From the NCBI GenBank assembly GCA_964016885.1, contig OZ024756.1:27652001-27716000 (forward strand): 64,000 bases of DNA, in the 5' to 3' direction. Shown here one piece after another: positions 11,008 through 21,711 of this stretch. Position 1 is the stretch's first letter; the number at the start of each line of letters is the position of its first letter. The DNA comes from Eledone cirrhosa (taxonomy: Eukaryota). Both the position numbers and the translations under genes were made by a program. Below the pieces are notes generated by a model, which was not told the DNA's origin, searched no databases, and saw nothing but the letters and a program-made list of their open reading frames with translations.

Positions 11008-14000
11008 ATGACCTCACTCAGAATAGGCAGCATAAATGCGCGTGGCTTGGGGTCGTCATGGAAGCAGGGTCACCTGCTCAACGACCTCAGGTCACTAAAC
11101 ATAGATGTAGTGGCCATCAGCGAGACCAGAATCTCCGAAGCACGGGCCTTCGCACCGATCTTCGGCGGCTACGATGTGTACGCATCTCCCAGCCGTCCTG
11201 GATCGGGTGGAGGAGTTGCTGTGCTTTTTCGGAGAGGTTTGGATCTCGCCATACGGGCCATCTTCCTGGACCCAGAGGGTAAGCTGGTGGTGCTGGACGT
11301 GACCAGCGGAGACGGGCAAGCTTTCAGGCTAGTGGCCGTCTATGCCCCGACAGGAGCAGGGCGGCCTGATTTCTTCCGGCGTCTGGAGACCTTTCTTGGA
11401 ACGTCGCGCTCTTTAGTGTTAGTGGGCGACTGGAACGGGATCTTAGATGCACGCTGGGACTGTGTGGGATTAGCGGATAGGGGTGGAGGGTGCAAGAGCC
11501 TCACCAACCTGCTCAGGCGTTTTGAACTGTCTGACAGGTACCGATTGGATTTCCCGAATGTGCCAATGTGGACTTGGACAAACCGCATAGGGTCATCCAG
11601 ATCATATCTAGATAGAGTATTTTGTAGGGAAATAGATAGGTCTAGCATAGGCTGTCCACAATTCAAGATAGTCAGCTACACGGACCACAAATTCGTGATC
11701 TGTGTGCTTGACTTAGATAGGCTTCATAGACGAGGACCCGGCTACTGGAAGCTAAACGCGTCCTTACCAGCGCGCAAGGCCTACAGAGACCGGATTAGCG
11801 AACTAGTTAAGCGGGCGTTGACGGGGGCCATCGTCAACAACAAGTGGTGGTTTGCTCTGAAAAGAGCGATTAGAATAGAATCGATTAGGTTTAGTAAGGC
11901 TTTAGCAATAGAGAAAAATAGAGCAGAGGGAGAACTAGTTAGAAAATTAGACGAGGCGCTTAGCAAAGGCATTGCGACCGACGTGCTTGCGGCGAAATTG
12001 GCCCTTGACCAATTCTTCAATGCAAAGCACGAAGGCTGCGTTGTCAGAGCTAGGGTGCGTGCTCTCAGACACGAGGGGACGAAAGCCGTTCAATGGGCCC
12101 GAGTGGCGGAGGCGCGTCGTGGCAACAAAGCCACGATCCGGTCTTTGGTGGACCACGACGGGCGCATGCTACTCGATCCCGGGCAAATGTGTGAAGCTTT
12201 TCAGCGACACTTCGCTCAGCTGTTCGGGGGCAGCGGGGGGCCGGGTAGAGGGATGGACTTTAGTGTCTACCTCGACGGACTGCCGCGGCTCTCGGCCACT
12301 GAGGCGAAGTGTTGCGAAAAGCCGATAACAGCCGCTGAAGTAAGGGAGGCAATGACTGGCTGCACAAGGGGTAAATCGCCTGGTTTGGATGGTCTGCCCT
12401 ATGAACTTTACGTACAGATGCCAGACTTGTTCGGAGGCCTCTTGGCGGACGTCTACTGCAACTGGCAACAGAACGGGAGAATTCCCAGTTCTGTGAGCCG
12501 AGGAGCGGTGGCACTGCTGAGAAAGGATCCGAACAAGGGGGATAACATAGACAATTTCCGGCCCATAACTCTGCTAAACACAGAGTTTAAGATTTTGGCC
12601 AAGGTGCTAGCAAAGAGGTTGGCGCTTGTCGTTGGTGGTCTGGTGGGAGAGGCGCAGACATGCGCCATTCCCGACAGATCCATCCACGACAACCTCCACC
12701 TCATGCGATACATCGTAGAGAGGGTAGCTAGGGAACCTGGCACGGGTGGGTCCTTGATCAATTTAGATCAGTCGAAAGCTTTCGATAGGGTCGACCATCG
12801 TTACCTAGCGGCAGTCCTGAGGGCGGCTGGCTTTGGGCCCGTCTTCAGAGGCTGGATCGCTGCCATGCACAGCGACATCTGCTCTGTGGTGAGAGTGAAC
12901 GGTCACCTGTCGGAACCGTTCAACATCATGCGCTCGGTCCGCCAAGGATGTCCCCTCTCGTCCCTCTTGTACGTATTGACTCTCGAGCCATTACTGCACA
13001 AACTGGAGACGTTGAGGGGAGTCCCGCGCGAACTAGGATGCGGAAGATCCGTGTCAGCATATGCGGACGATGTCACCGTAGTGGTGTCGAACGCCAAACA
13101 CATCGAGGCGATCGGCACTACACTAAGAGAATACGAAGCGGTGACAGGAGCAATGATCAACCAGGAAAAGTCAGTGGGCCTGCAGCTCGGCACCTGGAGA
13201 GGCAGGTCCATGCCGTCCAACAGCGTCGTCGGGCGCTGGACGGACGGACCGGTTAAATTGCTAGGGGTCTGGTTCGGTCCGGACCTCCAGACGGACAAAA
13301 ACTGGGACGAGGTGACGAGCAGGGTGGCTTCTCTCACCCAGAAATGGGCGGAGAGGAAGCTATCCCTGAAAGGTCGAGCGGAGGTGGCTAACGCGTACAT
13401 CGCGTCTGTCATCTGCTACCGCCTAACCGTCGTACCTTGTCCTAAGCCTCGCCTGACTGCGCTGGAGCGTTTGCTCTTTCGCTTTTTGTGGAAGGGACGT
13501 GCTCCGATGGTCAGGCGGTCCATCTGTTGTCAACACCCGCTACGTGGAGGGCTGGGCATGCCGTGGCTGATGATGCGCAGGCACGCGCTCAGGCTACGAC
13601 ATCTCCACCTCTTCCTCGACGGTGATCAGGTGTGGTCGCCGTTTGCTAGACGCGTTTTTCCCCAGCTCGTTTCCTTGACGGAGCTGCAGTCCTGGGTCAA
13701 GCGAAGACCGAGAGGGAGCGCCTGGAGACTGGAATGTCTTCAGGCGCTCACAGCCCTCGACCAATCGGGCAATGTGATCGGTGGAAACTCCACCTCGGCG
13801 TTCTATAGAGGATTAGTGGAGGGGAAGAGCGACGACGTACTTGGGGAAACTCTAGGCGTCGACGAAAATCAACTAGCCAATCTCTTCGGAAGAACCTTCG
13901 GGCCAGGGCCTATGGACAACTTCCAGAAATCTCTGGCCTGGCAGTGCTACCGAGGAGCCTTGCCAGTTCGGGATAAACTCTACAGGCATGGAGGTGCCGT

Positions 14001-14427
14001 CAGCCGGGCATGTCCGAGATGCGCGCAGGGCGACGAAACCGTCCTGCACGCACTCGTCCAGTGTCCGAAAATTGCTGACTTGTGGGTTTATGTCGAACAC
14101 CTGCTGTCGCGTTTAGGACGGATCCAGCTATCATCTGAGTCTATCGTGAGGATTGCCCCGCCCTCCTCCTTTAGCCGGGAAGGGCAGGCAGTTTTTATCT
14201 GTCTGGTGGCCATGGCGAAAGAGATAGTATGGTGGACACGTTTGAAAGGGCTGAAGACGAGCACTTACCTCTTCGGTGATGCTCTGATTGACTTTTTCAA
14301 ATTTCATTTGAAAAGGAAAATCAGAGTAGAGAAGGAAGTGCTCTCTTCCCAGCATTTTGTTGAAAGATGGGTGAGAGAAGCAAGAATGGCCCGAGTGAAT
14401 GGGCCGACTCTGAGTATATATCTGTAA
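11008..14427 (+). CDS. A1 ORF2: APE endonuclease + reverse transcriptase + CCHC zinc domain, 1139 aa
   Basis: SINARGL, SETR, GDWN, YLDR, TDH (APE); KSPGLDG, FRPITLLN, DQSKAFD, QGCPLS, YADD (RT); CPRC..ETVLHALVQC. Confidence 0.98.
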   Translation: MTSLRIGSINARGLGSSWKQGHLLNDLRSLNIDVVAISETRISEARAFAPIFGGYDVYASPSRPGSGGGVAVLFRRGLDLAIRAIFLDPEGKLVVLDVTSGDGQAFRLVAVYAPTGAGRPDFFRRLETFLGTSRSLVLVGDWNGILDARWDCVGLADRGGGCKSLTNLLRRFELSDRYRLDFPNVPMWTWTNRIGSSRSYLDRVFCREIDRSSIGCPQFKIVSYTDHKFVICVLDLDRLHRRGPGYWKLNASLPARKAYRDRISELVKRALTGAIVNNKWWFALKRAIRIESIRFSKALAIEKNRAEGELVRKLDEALSKGIATDVLAAKLALDQFFNAKHEGCVVRARVRALRHEGTKAVQWARVAEARRGNKATIRSLVDHDGRMLLDPGQMCEAFQRHFAQLFGGSGGPGRGMDFSVYLDGLPRLSATEAKCCEKPITAAEVREAMTGCTRGKSPGLDGLPYELYVQMPDLFGGLLADVYCNWQQNGRIPSSVSRGAVALLRKDPNKGDNIDNFRPITLLNTEFKILAKVLAKRLALVVGGLVGEAQTCAIPDRSIHDNLHLMRYIVERVAREPGTGGSLINLDQSKAFDRVDHRYLAAVLRAAGFGPVFRGWIAAMHSDICSVVRVNGHLSEPFNIMRSVRQGCPLSSLLYVLTLEPLLHKLETLRGVPRELGCGRSVSAYADDVTVVVSNAKHIEAIGTTLREYEAVTGAMINQEKSVGLQLGTWRGRSMPSNSVVGRWTDGPVKLLGVWFGPDLQTDKNWDEVTSRVASLTQKWAERKLSLKGRAEVANAYIASVICYRLTVVPCPKPRLTALERLLFRFLWKGRAPMVRRSICCQHPLRGGLGMPWLMMRRHALRLRHLHLFLDGDQVWSPFARRVFPQLVSLTELQSWVKRRPRGSAWRLECLQALTALDQSGNVIGGNSTSAFYRGLVEGKSDDVLGETLGVDENQLANLFGRTFGPGPMDNFQKSLAWQCYRGALPVRDKLYRHGGAVSRACPRCAQGDETVLHALVQCPKIADLWVYVEHLLSRLGRIQLSSESIVRIAPPSSFSREGQAVFICLVAMAKEIVWWTRLKGLKTSTYLFGDALIDFFKFHLKRKIRVEKEVLSSQHFVERWVREARMARVNGPTLSIYL

Positions 14428-14696
14428 ACTAAAGGTGGAAAACTGGGAGAGGGCACTTGCCTTGGTGGTCAGGGTCATTGTGGCTTTTTACTGGGCTTTC
14501 TCCACAAATGTCCCTCCGAAGTCTCCCCCCTATTGGGGAATTTTTCATTGTTATTTTCATTGTTATTTTTGTTACATCCTCTGTTTTTGTTTTTTTACAC
14601 GCAGAAATGCCCATTTGTACCGTCCTGCATTGTCCTGCACTGTCCTTAATGTCTACTTTATGTAAACCCTTGTGGTTAATAAAGAAATCATTATTA

Positions 14697-14731
<35 letters not shown>

Positions 14732-14944
14732 GAATGCCATGGTTGACGGAGGCTCGGCTCTGTAAGGTATAGTAATTTTTAACCGTTAAAACAATTGTAA
14801 ATTGTTTAAAACTTGAACCAAATTGTTGATAAAGACACCCTCCTCCTCGTGAGAGGGGTCTTTCTGTCCGTTATTTGGCCCTTCGGGGTTAAATAACCAG
14901 TTATTGGGGTTTTGTACCCAAAATTTCATTTTAAACAAAAAAAC

Positions 14945-17041
14945 ATGGCTACCAAAAAGAAATTTCATACGTCACTCCCACTCATTCCGTCTTCTTCTTC
15001 CTCAATCATCACTACAGCAGAGAGAAGATTGTCTCTCTCCCTCCCTTCTTTAAATGTGTCTCTCTCCCTCCCTTCTCTTTCGCAAGTGACGAAAGAAAAG
15101 AAAAGTCTCGTGCAAAGCGTGCAAGGTTTCTCCACGACGACGACGACAGCGACGAAACAGGTGTGCGGGAAATACGAAAACCCAGTTCATTCGTCTGACG
15201 TCAGGAATAATAGCAGTAGCAGCCGTAATAACAACAGCAACAGTGACAATGAAAACAACAGTAGCAGCCGCAACAGCATCACCAGCAGCATAAACAACAA
15301 CAGCATTAGCAGCAGCAACACCAACAACAACCACAGCAACAGCGGCGGAGGCAGTAGTCGTAGTACCTGCAGCAACAACAAAAGTACCAGCAGCTCTGAC
15401 GACAACAACAACAGCAGAGAAAAACCAATCTCATTTGCAGGTATTGCGAAAAATTTGGAAACAATCCTCATAACAAATGAGGAATTAGAGGAAGCGAAGA
15501 AGATGGTGACAAAGAACGGACACCGAGCAATCTGCAAGGCAGCGAAAAATTTTTTCGAAACCCAAGAGCACTGTACGGTCACGTACCGTACAGTAAGTAC
15601 AAAATCCCGTAGGGTGGAAAGAGCCACAGAGGCCCAAATACAAAAAGCCTTGGGGTCTGTGTGGCAGCGGAAAACGCACATCACCCGAGGCAAAAAATAT
15701 GCCACCGTAGACGTACTTTTTGCCACACCCCAGGAGGCAAAGGCCCAATCAGTAGTGACCCTAAGGAGCGAGGAAATGGTGTTGGTGCCCTCCTACTGTG
15801 GGCAAAAAATTGTGAGGGTCAAACTGACCCACGTCCCCCCCGGAATGACCCCTTCTTGGCTGGCCGCGTCTGTCCTCGTCGGAATCGAGGACAAAACAAC
15901 TGTACTGCAAGTACAGAAAAAAGTAAGAGAAGATTGGGTCGGCTCCTCCATTGAGATGCTAATCCAAACCAACCAGGAGTGCATCGAAGCTATCCCGGAT
16001 GTGATAGACTTCGATAACGGCACTCAACTGCCCATAAGTGTTGAGGGCAAACGCCCGAAATGCTTTCGCTGTGGATCGAAGACTCACCTCAGGGCCTTCT
16101 GCAACGAGAAGACCCTGAGAAAGGAGAAAACCCCCCTCCTTCCGAATCCGGCTCCACGGCTACCAGCAACAGGACAAGCGGCAACCAGGAACGATAGGCC
16201 CGTGGCACCCATACCCACTCCACGGAAATCAAAAACAGCAGCAGCAGTGGAAATACTAACAACAACAACAGCAATACCAAATGCAGCTGCAACAGAGACT
16301 CCAGTGCAAACATCACCAACAACAACAAGTGAAAGAGTGGAGTTGGTACCCCTCCCCGACCTCACAGAATCAGACATGGAGTGTGAGGTGGGAGAGAGAT
16401 GGCAAAAGGTCGTAAGAAGGCACAAACGCAGAAGCAGCGCATCGTCGCCTTTGAAAAGTGAGGAAAGAAATGAGAAAAGGGTAAAGTCTACTGCAAAGAG
16501 ACCCACAGCAGCAACAACACCAACACCATCACCACCCACACTAGCGCCACCATCACCACCGGCGACAACCCCACCGCCAACAACACCTTCAACACCACCA
16601 CCACAAGCACCAACATCGCAAACACAACAACAAAACACACACACCCAGCAACAACGACAAGAAAATAGCAGAACCACACCCCACCCCCAGAAAAACAAAT
16701 GCACGGCAATAAATACACACAACAAGAAACTAATGACTTACATAATTGAACACACAGACATTTCACAACAGGACTACATAATACCAGCACCAATCAAAAC
16801 GCCAACTAACATAAGACTGCTAAAAATAGCACAGAAACAATACACAAATATTAAAACGAAATTCCCCAACGCAGTTGGTGATTTCAGGGACCTAGGAGGA
16901 ACCATCAATCGAAGAGTATACTCAGACATTCTCTTAGAAGAGCCGACGACCAGCCGAAGGGACGATTCAACGGTCCCTTCACCAGACGATCAAGTGAAAA
17001 GGGATGTAAAAACCATCCCTCCTCTACCAAAAGTACGGTAA
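14945..17041 (+). CDS. A2 ORF1, 698 aa (Ser/Asn-rich N-terminus, probable RRM-like region, CCHC knuckle, Pro/Thr-rich tail)
   Basis: Open from ATG GCT ACC at 14945; CFRCGSKTHLRAFC; basic RRHKRR patch. Confidence 0.93.
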   Translation: MATKKKFHTSLPLIPSSSSSIITTAERRLSLSLPSLNVSLSLPSLSQVTKEKKSLVQSVQGFSTTTTTATKQVCGKYENPVHSSDVRNNSSSSRNNNSNSDNENNSSSRNSITSSINNNSISSSNTNNNHSNSGGGSSRSTCSNNKSTSSSDDNNNSREKPISFAGIAKNLETILITNEELEEAKKMVTKNGHRAICKAAKNFFETQEHCTVTYRTVSTKSRRVERATEAQIQKALGSVWQRKTHITRGKKYATVDVLFATPQEAKAQSVVTLRSEEMVLVPSYCGQKIVRVKLTHVPPGMTPSWLAASVLVGIEDKTTVLQVQKKVREDWVGSSIEMLIQTNQECIEAIPDVIDFDNGTQLPISVEGKRPKCFRCGSKTHLRAFCNEKTLRKEKTPLLPNPAPRLPATGQAATRNDRPVAPIPTPRKSKTAAAVEILTTTTAIPNAAATETPVQTSPTTTSERVELVPLPDLTESDMECEVGERWQKVVRRHKRRSSASSPLKSEERNEKRVKSTAKRPTAATTPTPSPPTLAPPSPPATTPPPTTPSTPPPQAPTSQTQQQNTHTQQQRQENSRTTPHPQKNKCTAINTHNKKLMTYIIEHTDISQQDYIIPAPIKTPTNIRLLKIAQKQYTNIKTKFPNAVGDFRDLGGTINRRVYSDILLEEPTTSRRDDSTVPSPDDQVKRDVKTIPPLPKVR

Positions 17042-17076
17042 GTGGTCTTTCCCATCTTTACCACTCTATTTTAAAC

Positions 17077-20000
17077 ATGACCTCACTCAGAATAGGCAGC
17101 ATAAATGCGCGTGGCTTGGGGTCGTCATGGAAGCAGGGTCACCTGCTCAACGACCTCAGGTCACTAAACATAGATGTAGTGGCCATCAGCGAGACCAGAA
17201 TCTCCGAAGCACGGGCCTTCGCACCGATCTTCGGCGGCTTCGATGTGTACGCATCTCCCAGCCGTCCTGGATCCGGTGGAGGAGTTGCTGTGCTTTTTCG
17301 GAGAGGTTTGGATCTCGCCATACGGGCCATCTTCCTGGACCCAGAGGGTAAGCTGGTGGTGCTGGACGTGACCAGCGGAGACGGGCAAGCTTTCAGGCTA
17401 GTGGCCGTCTATGCCCCGACAGGAGCAGGGCGGCCTGATTTCTTCCGGCGTCTGGAGACCTTTCTTGGAACGTCCCGCTCTTTAGTGTTAGTGGGCGACT
17501 GGAACGGGATCTTAGATGCACGCTGGGACTGTGTGGGATTAGCGGATAGGGGTGGAGGGTGCAAGAGCCTCACCAACCTGCTCAGGCGTTTTGAACTGTC
17601 TGACAGGTACCGATTGGATTTCCCGAATGTGCCAATGTGGACTTGGACAAACCGCATAGGGTCATCCAGATCATATCTAGATAGAGTATTTTGTAGGGAA
17701 ATAGATAGGTCTAGCATAGGCTGTCCACAATTCAAGATAGTCAGCTACACGGACCACAAATTCGTGATCTGTGTGCTTGACTTAGATAGGCTTCATAGAC
17801 GAGGACCCGGCTACTGGAAGCTAAACGCGTCCTTACCAGCGCGCAAGGCCTACAGAGACCGGATTAGCGAACTAGTTAAGCGGGCGTTGACGGGGGCCAT
17901 CGTCAACAACAAGTGGTGGTTTGCTCTGAAAAGAGCGATTAGAATAGAATCGATTAGGTTTAGTAAGGCTTTAGCAATAGAGAAAAATAGAGCAGAGGGA
18001 GAACTAGTTAGAAAATTAGACGAGGCGCTTAGCAAAGGCATTGCGACCGACGTGCTTGCGGCGAAATTGGCCCTTGACCAATTCTTCAATGCAAAGCACG
18101 AAGGCTGCGTTGTCAGAGCTAGGGTGCGTGCTCTCAGACACGAGGGGACGAAAGCCGTTCAATGGGCCCGAGTGGCGGAGGCGCGTCGTGGCAACAAAGC
18201 CACGATCCGGTCTTTGGTGGACCACGACGGGCGCATGCTACTCGATCCCGGGCAAATGTGTGAAGCTTTTCAGCGACACTTCGCTCAGCTGTTCGGGGGC
18301 AGCGGGGGGCCGGGTAGAGGGATGGACTTTAGTGTCTACCTCGACGGACTGCCGCGGCTCTCGGCCACTGAGGCGAAGTGTTGCGAAAAGCCGATAACAG
18401 CCGCTGAAGTACGGGAGGCAATGACTGGCTGCACAAGGGGTAAATCGCCTGGTTTGGATGGTCTGCCCTATGAACTTTACGTACAGATGCCAGACTTGTT
18501 CGGAGGCCTCTTGGCGGACGTCTACTGCAACTGGCAACAGAACGGGAGAATTCCCAGTTCTGTGAGCCGAGGAGCGGTGGCACTGCTGAGAAAGGATCCG
18601 AACAAGGGGGATAACATAGACAATTTCCGGCCCATAACTCTGCTAAACACAGAGTTTAAGATTTTGGCCAAGGTGCTAGCAAAGAGGTTGGCGCTTGTCG
18701 TTGGTGGTCTGGTGGGAGAGGCGCAGACATGCGCCATTCCCGACAGATCCATCCACGACAACCTCCACCTCATGCGATACATCGTAGAGAGGGTAGCTAG
18801 GGAACCTGGCACGGGTGGGTCCTTGATCAATTTAGATCAGTCGAAAGCTTTCGATAGGGTCGACCATCGTTACCTAGCGGCAGTCCTGAGGGCGGCTGGC
18901 TTTGGGCCCGTCTTCAGAGGCTGGATCGCTGCCATGCACAGCGACATCTGCTCTGTGGTGAGAGTGAACGGTCACCTGTCGGAACCGTTCAACATCATGC
19001 GCTCGGTCCGCCAAGGATGTCCCCTCTCGTCCCTCTTGTACGTATTGACTCTCGAGCCATTACTGCACAAACTGGAGACGTTGAGGGGAGTCCCGCGCGA
19101 ACTAGGATGCGGAAGATCCGTGTCAGCATATGCGGACGATGTCACCGTAGTGGTGTCGAACGCCAAACACATCGAGGCGATCGGCACTACACTAAGAGAA
19201 TACGAAGCGGTGACAGGAGCAATGATCAACCAGGAAAAGTCAGTGGGCCTGCAGCTCGGCACCTGGAGAGGCAGGTCCATGCCGTCCAACAGCGTCGTCG
19301 GGCGCTGGACGGACGGACCGGTTAAATTGCTAGGGGTCTGGTTCGGTCCGGACCTCCAGATGGACAAAAACTGGGACGAGGTGACGAGCAGGGTGGCTTC
19401 TCTCACCCAGAAATGGGCGGAGAGGAAGCTATCCCTGAAAGGTCGAGCGGAGGTGGCTAACGCGTACATCGCGTCTGTCATCTGCTACCGCCTAACCGTC
19501 GTACCTTGTCCTAAGCCTCGCCTGACTGCGCTGGAGCGTTTGCTCTTTCGCTTTTTGTGGAAGGGACGTGCTCCGATGGTCAGGCGGTCCATCTGTTGTC
19601 AACACCCGCTACGTGGAGGGCTGGGCATGCCGTGGCTGATGATGCGCAGGCACGCGCTCAGGCTACGACATCTCCACCTCTTCCTCGACGGTGATCAGGT
19701 GTGGTCGCCGTTTGCTAGACGCGTTTTTCCCCAACTCGTTTCCTTGACGGAGCTGCAGTCCTGGGTCAAGCGAAGACCGAGAGGGAGCGCCTGGAGACTG
19801 GAATGTCTTCAGGCGCTCACAGCCCTCGACCAATCGGGCAATGTGATCGGTGGAAACTCCACCTCGGCGTTCTATAGAGGATTAGTGGAGGGGAAGAGCG
19901 ACGACGTACTTGGGGAAACTCTAGGCGTCGACGAAAATCAACTAGCCAATCTCTTCGGAAGAACTTTCGGGCCGGGGCCTATGGACAACTTCCAGAAATC

Positions 20001-20496
20001 TCTGGCCTGGCAGTGCTACCGAGGAGCTTTGCCAGTTCGGGATAAACTCTACAGGCATGGAGGTGCCGTCAGCCGGGCATGTCCGAGATGCGCGCAGGGC
20101 GACGAAACCGTCCTGCACGCACTCGTCCAGTGTCCGAAAATTGCTGACTTGTGGGTTTATGTCGAACACCTGCTGTCGCGTTTAGGACGGATCCAGCTAT
20201 CATCTGAGTCTATCGTGAGGATTGCCCCGCCCTCCTCCTTTAGCCGGGAAGGGCAGGCAGTTTTTATCTGTCTGGTGGCCATGGCGAAAGAGATAGTATG
20301 GTGGACACGTTTGAAAGGGCTGAAGACGAGCACTTACCTCTTCGGTGATGCTCTGATTGACTTTTTCAAATTTCATTTGAAAAGGAAAATCAGAGTAGAG
20401 AAGGAAGTGCTCTCTTCCCAGCATTTTGTTGAAAGATGGGTGAGAGAAGCAAGAATGGCCCGAGTGAATGGGCCGACTCTGAGTATATATCTGTAA
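17077..20496 (+). CDS. A2 ORF2: APE-RT-zinc finger, 1139 aa
   Basis: Same motifs as A1 ORF2; two visible amino-acid differences (GGY/FDV, LQT/MDK). Confidence 0.98.
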   Translation: MTSLRIGSINARGLGSSWKQGHLLNDLRSLNIDVVAISETRISEARAFAPIFGGFDVYASPSRPGSGGGVAVLFRRGLDLAIRAIFLDPEGKLVVLDVTSGDGQAFRLVAVYAPTGAGRPDFFRRLETFLGTSRSLVLVGDWNGILDARWDCVGLADRGGGCKSLTNLLRRFELSDRYRLDFPNVPMWTWTNRIGSSRSYLDRVFCREIDRSSIGCPQFKIVSYTDHKFVICVLDLDRLHRRGPGYWKLNASLPARKAYRDRISELVKRALTGAIVNNKWWFALKRAIRIESIRFSKALAIEKNRAEGELVRKLDEALSKGIATDVLAAKLALDQFFNAKHEGCVVRARVRALRHEGTKAVQWARVAEARRGNKATIRSLVDHDGRMLLDPGQMCEAFQRHFAQLFGGSGGPGRGMDFSVYLDGLPRLSATEAKCCEKPITAAEVREAMTGCTRGKSPGLDGLPYELYVQMPDLFGGLLADVYCNWQQNGRIPSSVSRGAVALLRKDPNKGDNIDNFRPITLLNTEFKILAKVLAKRLALVVGGLVGEAQTCAIPDRSIHDNLHLMRYIVERVAREPGTGGSLINLDQSKAFDRVDHRYLAAVLRAAGFGPVFRGWIAAMHSDICSVVRVNGHLSEPFNIMRSVRQGCPLSSLLYVLTLEPLLHKLETLRGVPRELGCGRSVSAYADDVTVVVSNAKHIEAIGTTLREYEAVTGAMINQEKSVGLQLGTWRGRSMPSNSVVGRWTDGPVKLLGVWFGPDLQMDKNWDEVTSRVASLTQKWAERKLSLKGRAEVANAYIASVICYRLTVVPCPKPRLTALERLLFRFLWKGRAPMVRRSICCQHPLRGGLGMPWLMMRRHALRLRHLHLFLDGDQVWSPFARRVFPQLVSLTELQSWVKRRPRGSAWRLECLQALTALDQSGNVIGGNSTSAFYRGLVEGKSDDVLGETLGVDENQLANLFGRTFGPGPMDNFQKSLAWQCYRGALPVRDKLYRHGGAVSRACPRCAQGDETVLHALVQCPKIADLWVYVEHLLSRLGRIQLSSESIVRIAPPSSFSREGQAVFICLVAMAKEIVWWTRLKGLKTSTYLFGDALIDFFKFHLKRKIRVEKEVLSSQHFVERWVREARMARVNGPTLSIYL

Positions 20497-20757
20497 ACTA
20501 AAGGTGGAAAACTGGGAGAGGGCACTTGCCTTGGTGGTCAGGGTCATTGTGGCTTTTTACTGGGCTTTCTCCACAAATGTCCCTCCGAAGTCTCCCCCCT
20601 ATTGGGGAATTTTTCATTGTTATTTTCATTGTTATTTTTGTTACATCCTCTGTTTTTGTTTTTTTTACACGCAGAAATGCCCATTTGTACCGTCCTGCAT
20701 TGTCCTGCACTGTCCTTAATGTCTACTTTATGTAAACCCTTGTGGTTAATAAAGAAA

Positions 20758-20800
<43 letters not shown>

Positions 20801-21116
20801 CGTGTGAATGGGCCTACTCTGACCAGGCGCCTATAGGCTAGCTAACTTGAGGAGAGGGGTGCTCTCCCTGGGTGCCCTAGAAGCGCAGGGTGGTTCAGAA
20901 TTGGTGGGGTACCTGAGTCACCCCTGGGTCGTCCACCCCCAATAGGGAAATTTATTTTGTTATATTTATGCATAGTTTATTTTATATTTTTTATATCTTC
21001 ATTGTTGAATTGGTCTTGCCATTGTGCACTTTTACTCGACCTTATTGTAAACCCCCACGGACCCTGTCTTTGTATTGTCCCCTAGATGTCGGCCCTTGTG
21101 GCCAATAAATGAAATC
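20801..21116 (+). mobile_element. Tx1-clade 3'-end fragment A3 (different subfamily)
   Basis: Begins RVNGPTLTRRL* (compare RVNGPTLSIYL*); ends CCCTTGTGGCCAATAAATGAAATC. Confidence 0.85.
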
Positions 21117-21333
21117 AGAGTTCAAATCCCGCCGAGGTTAACTTTGCCTTTCATCCTTACGGGGACGATAAAATAAAGTACCAGTAATACACTGGGTATT
21201 TGCTGGCCTTGTGCCAAAAGTAGAAACAATTATTATTATTATCGACCTTACGGGGACGATAAAATAAAGTACCAGTAATACACTGGGTATTTGCTGGCCT
21301 TGTGCCAAAAGTAGAAACAATTATTATTATTAT
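21117..21333 (+). mobile_element. SINE family 2 body plus tandem partial duplicate, each ending in (ATT)n
   Basis: GAGTTCAAATCCCGCCGAGG...GTAGAAACAATTATTATT; 3' ~85 bp repeated. Confidence 0.9.
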
Positions 21334-21479
21334 TGGTTGTTGAAACGAATAGATGTACTATCGTGAGCTCGTAAGTTTTCTTTTTCTACGATTTGAAATA
21401 CGTTTGTCATTAATATTTTTTGTTTCAAATAGTAAATATGACTTTAGTGACCAGGACTCTGGCTTTACTGTAACACCGG

Positions 21480-21638
21480 CTCGGGAGCAGGATAGTTAAG
21501 GCGAAAAAGATATCGGATGTTGAATTTGCCGACGACATAGTTTTGGTGACAAACACAGTGAAGGAGGCAGAGGATTTGATGCAGGAGATTGAGACTGTGT
21601 CGATGAGTGTGGGCCTGAGAATGAATGAGACTAAGACA
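21480..21638 (+). pseudogene. LINE reverse transcriptase fragment (RTE-like)
   Basis: ISDVEFADDIVLVTNTVKEAEDLMQEIETVSMSVGLRMNETKT (FADD motif and GL..N..KT). Confidence 0.8.
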
Positions 21639-21676
21639 ATATATATATATATATACTCGTATATACATATATACTC

Positions 21677-21711
<35 letters not shown>

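Larger units (their letters stand above)
8656..14689 (+). mobile_element. Full-length Tx1/L1-clade non-LTR retrotransposon A1
   Basis: 5' UTR, ORF1, ORF2, 3' UTR ending AATAAAGAAATC; (ATT)n tracts on both sides (8614-8657, 14690-14731). Confidence 0.97.
14730..20759 (+). mobile_element. Full-length intact Tx1/L1-clade retrotransposon A2
   Basis: Near-identical to A1 at ~6.07 kb period; followed by (ATT)n 20760-20799. Confidence 0.97.
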
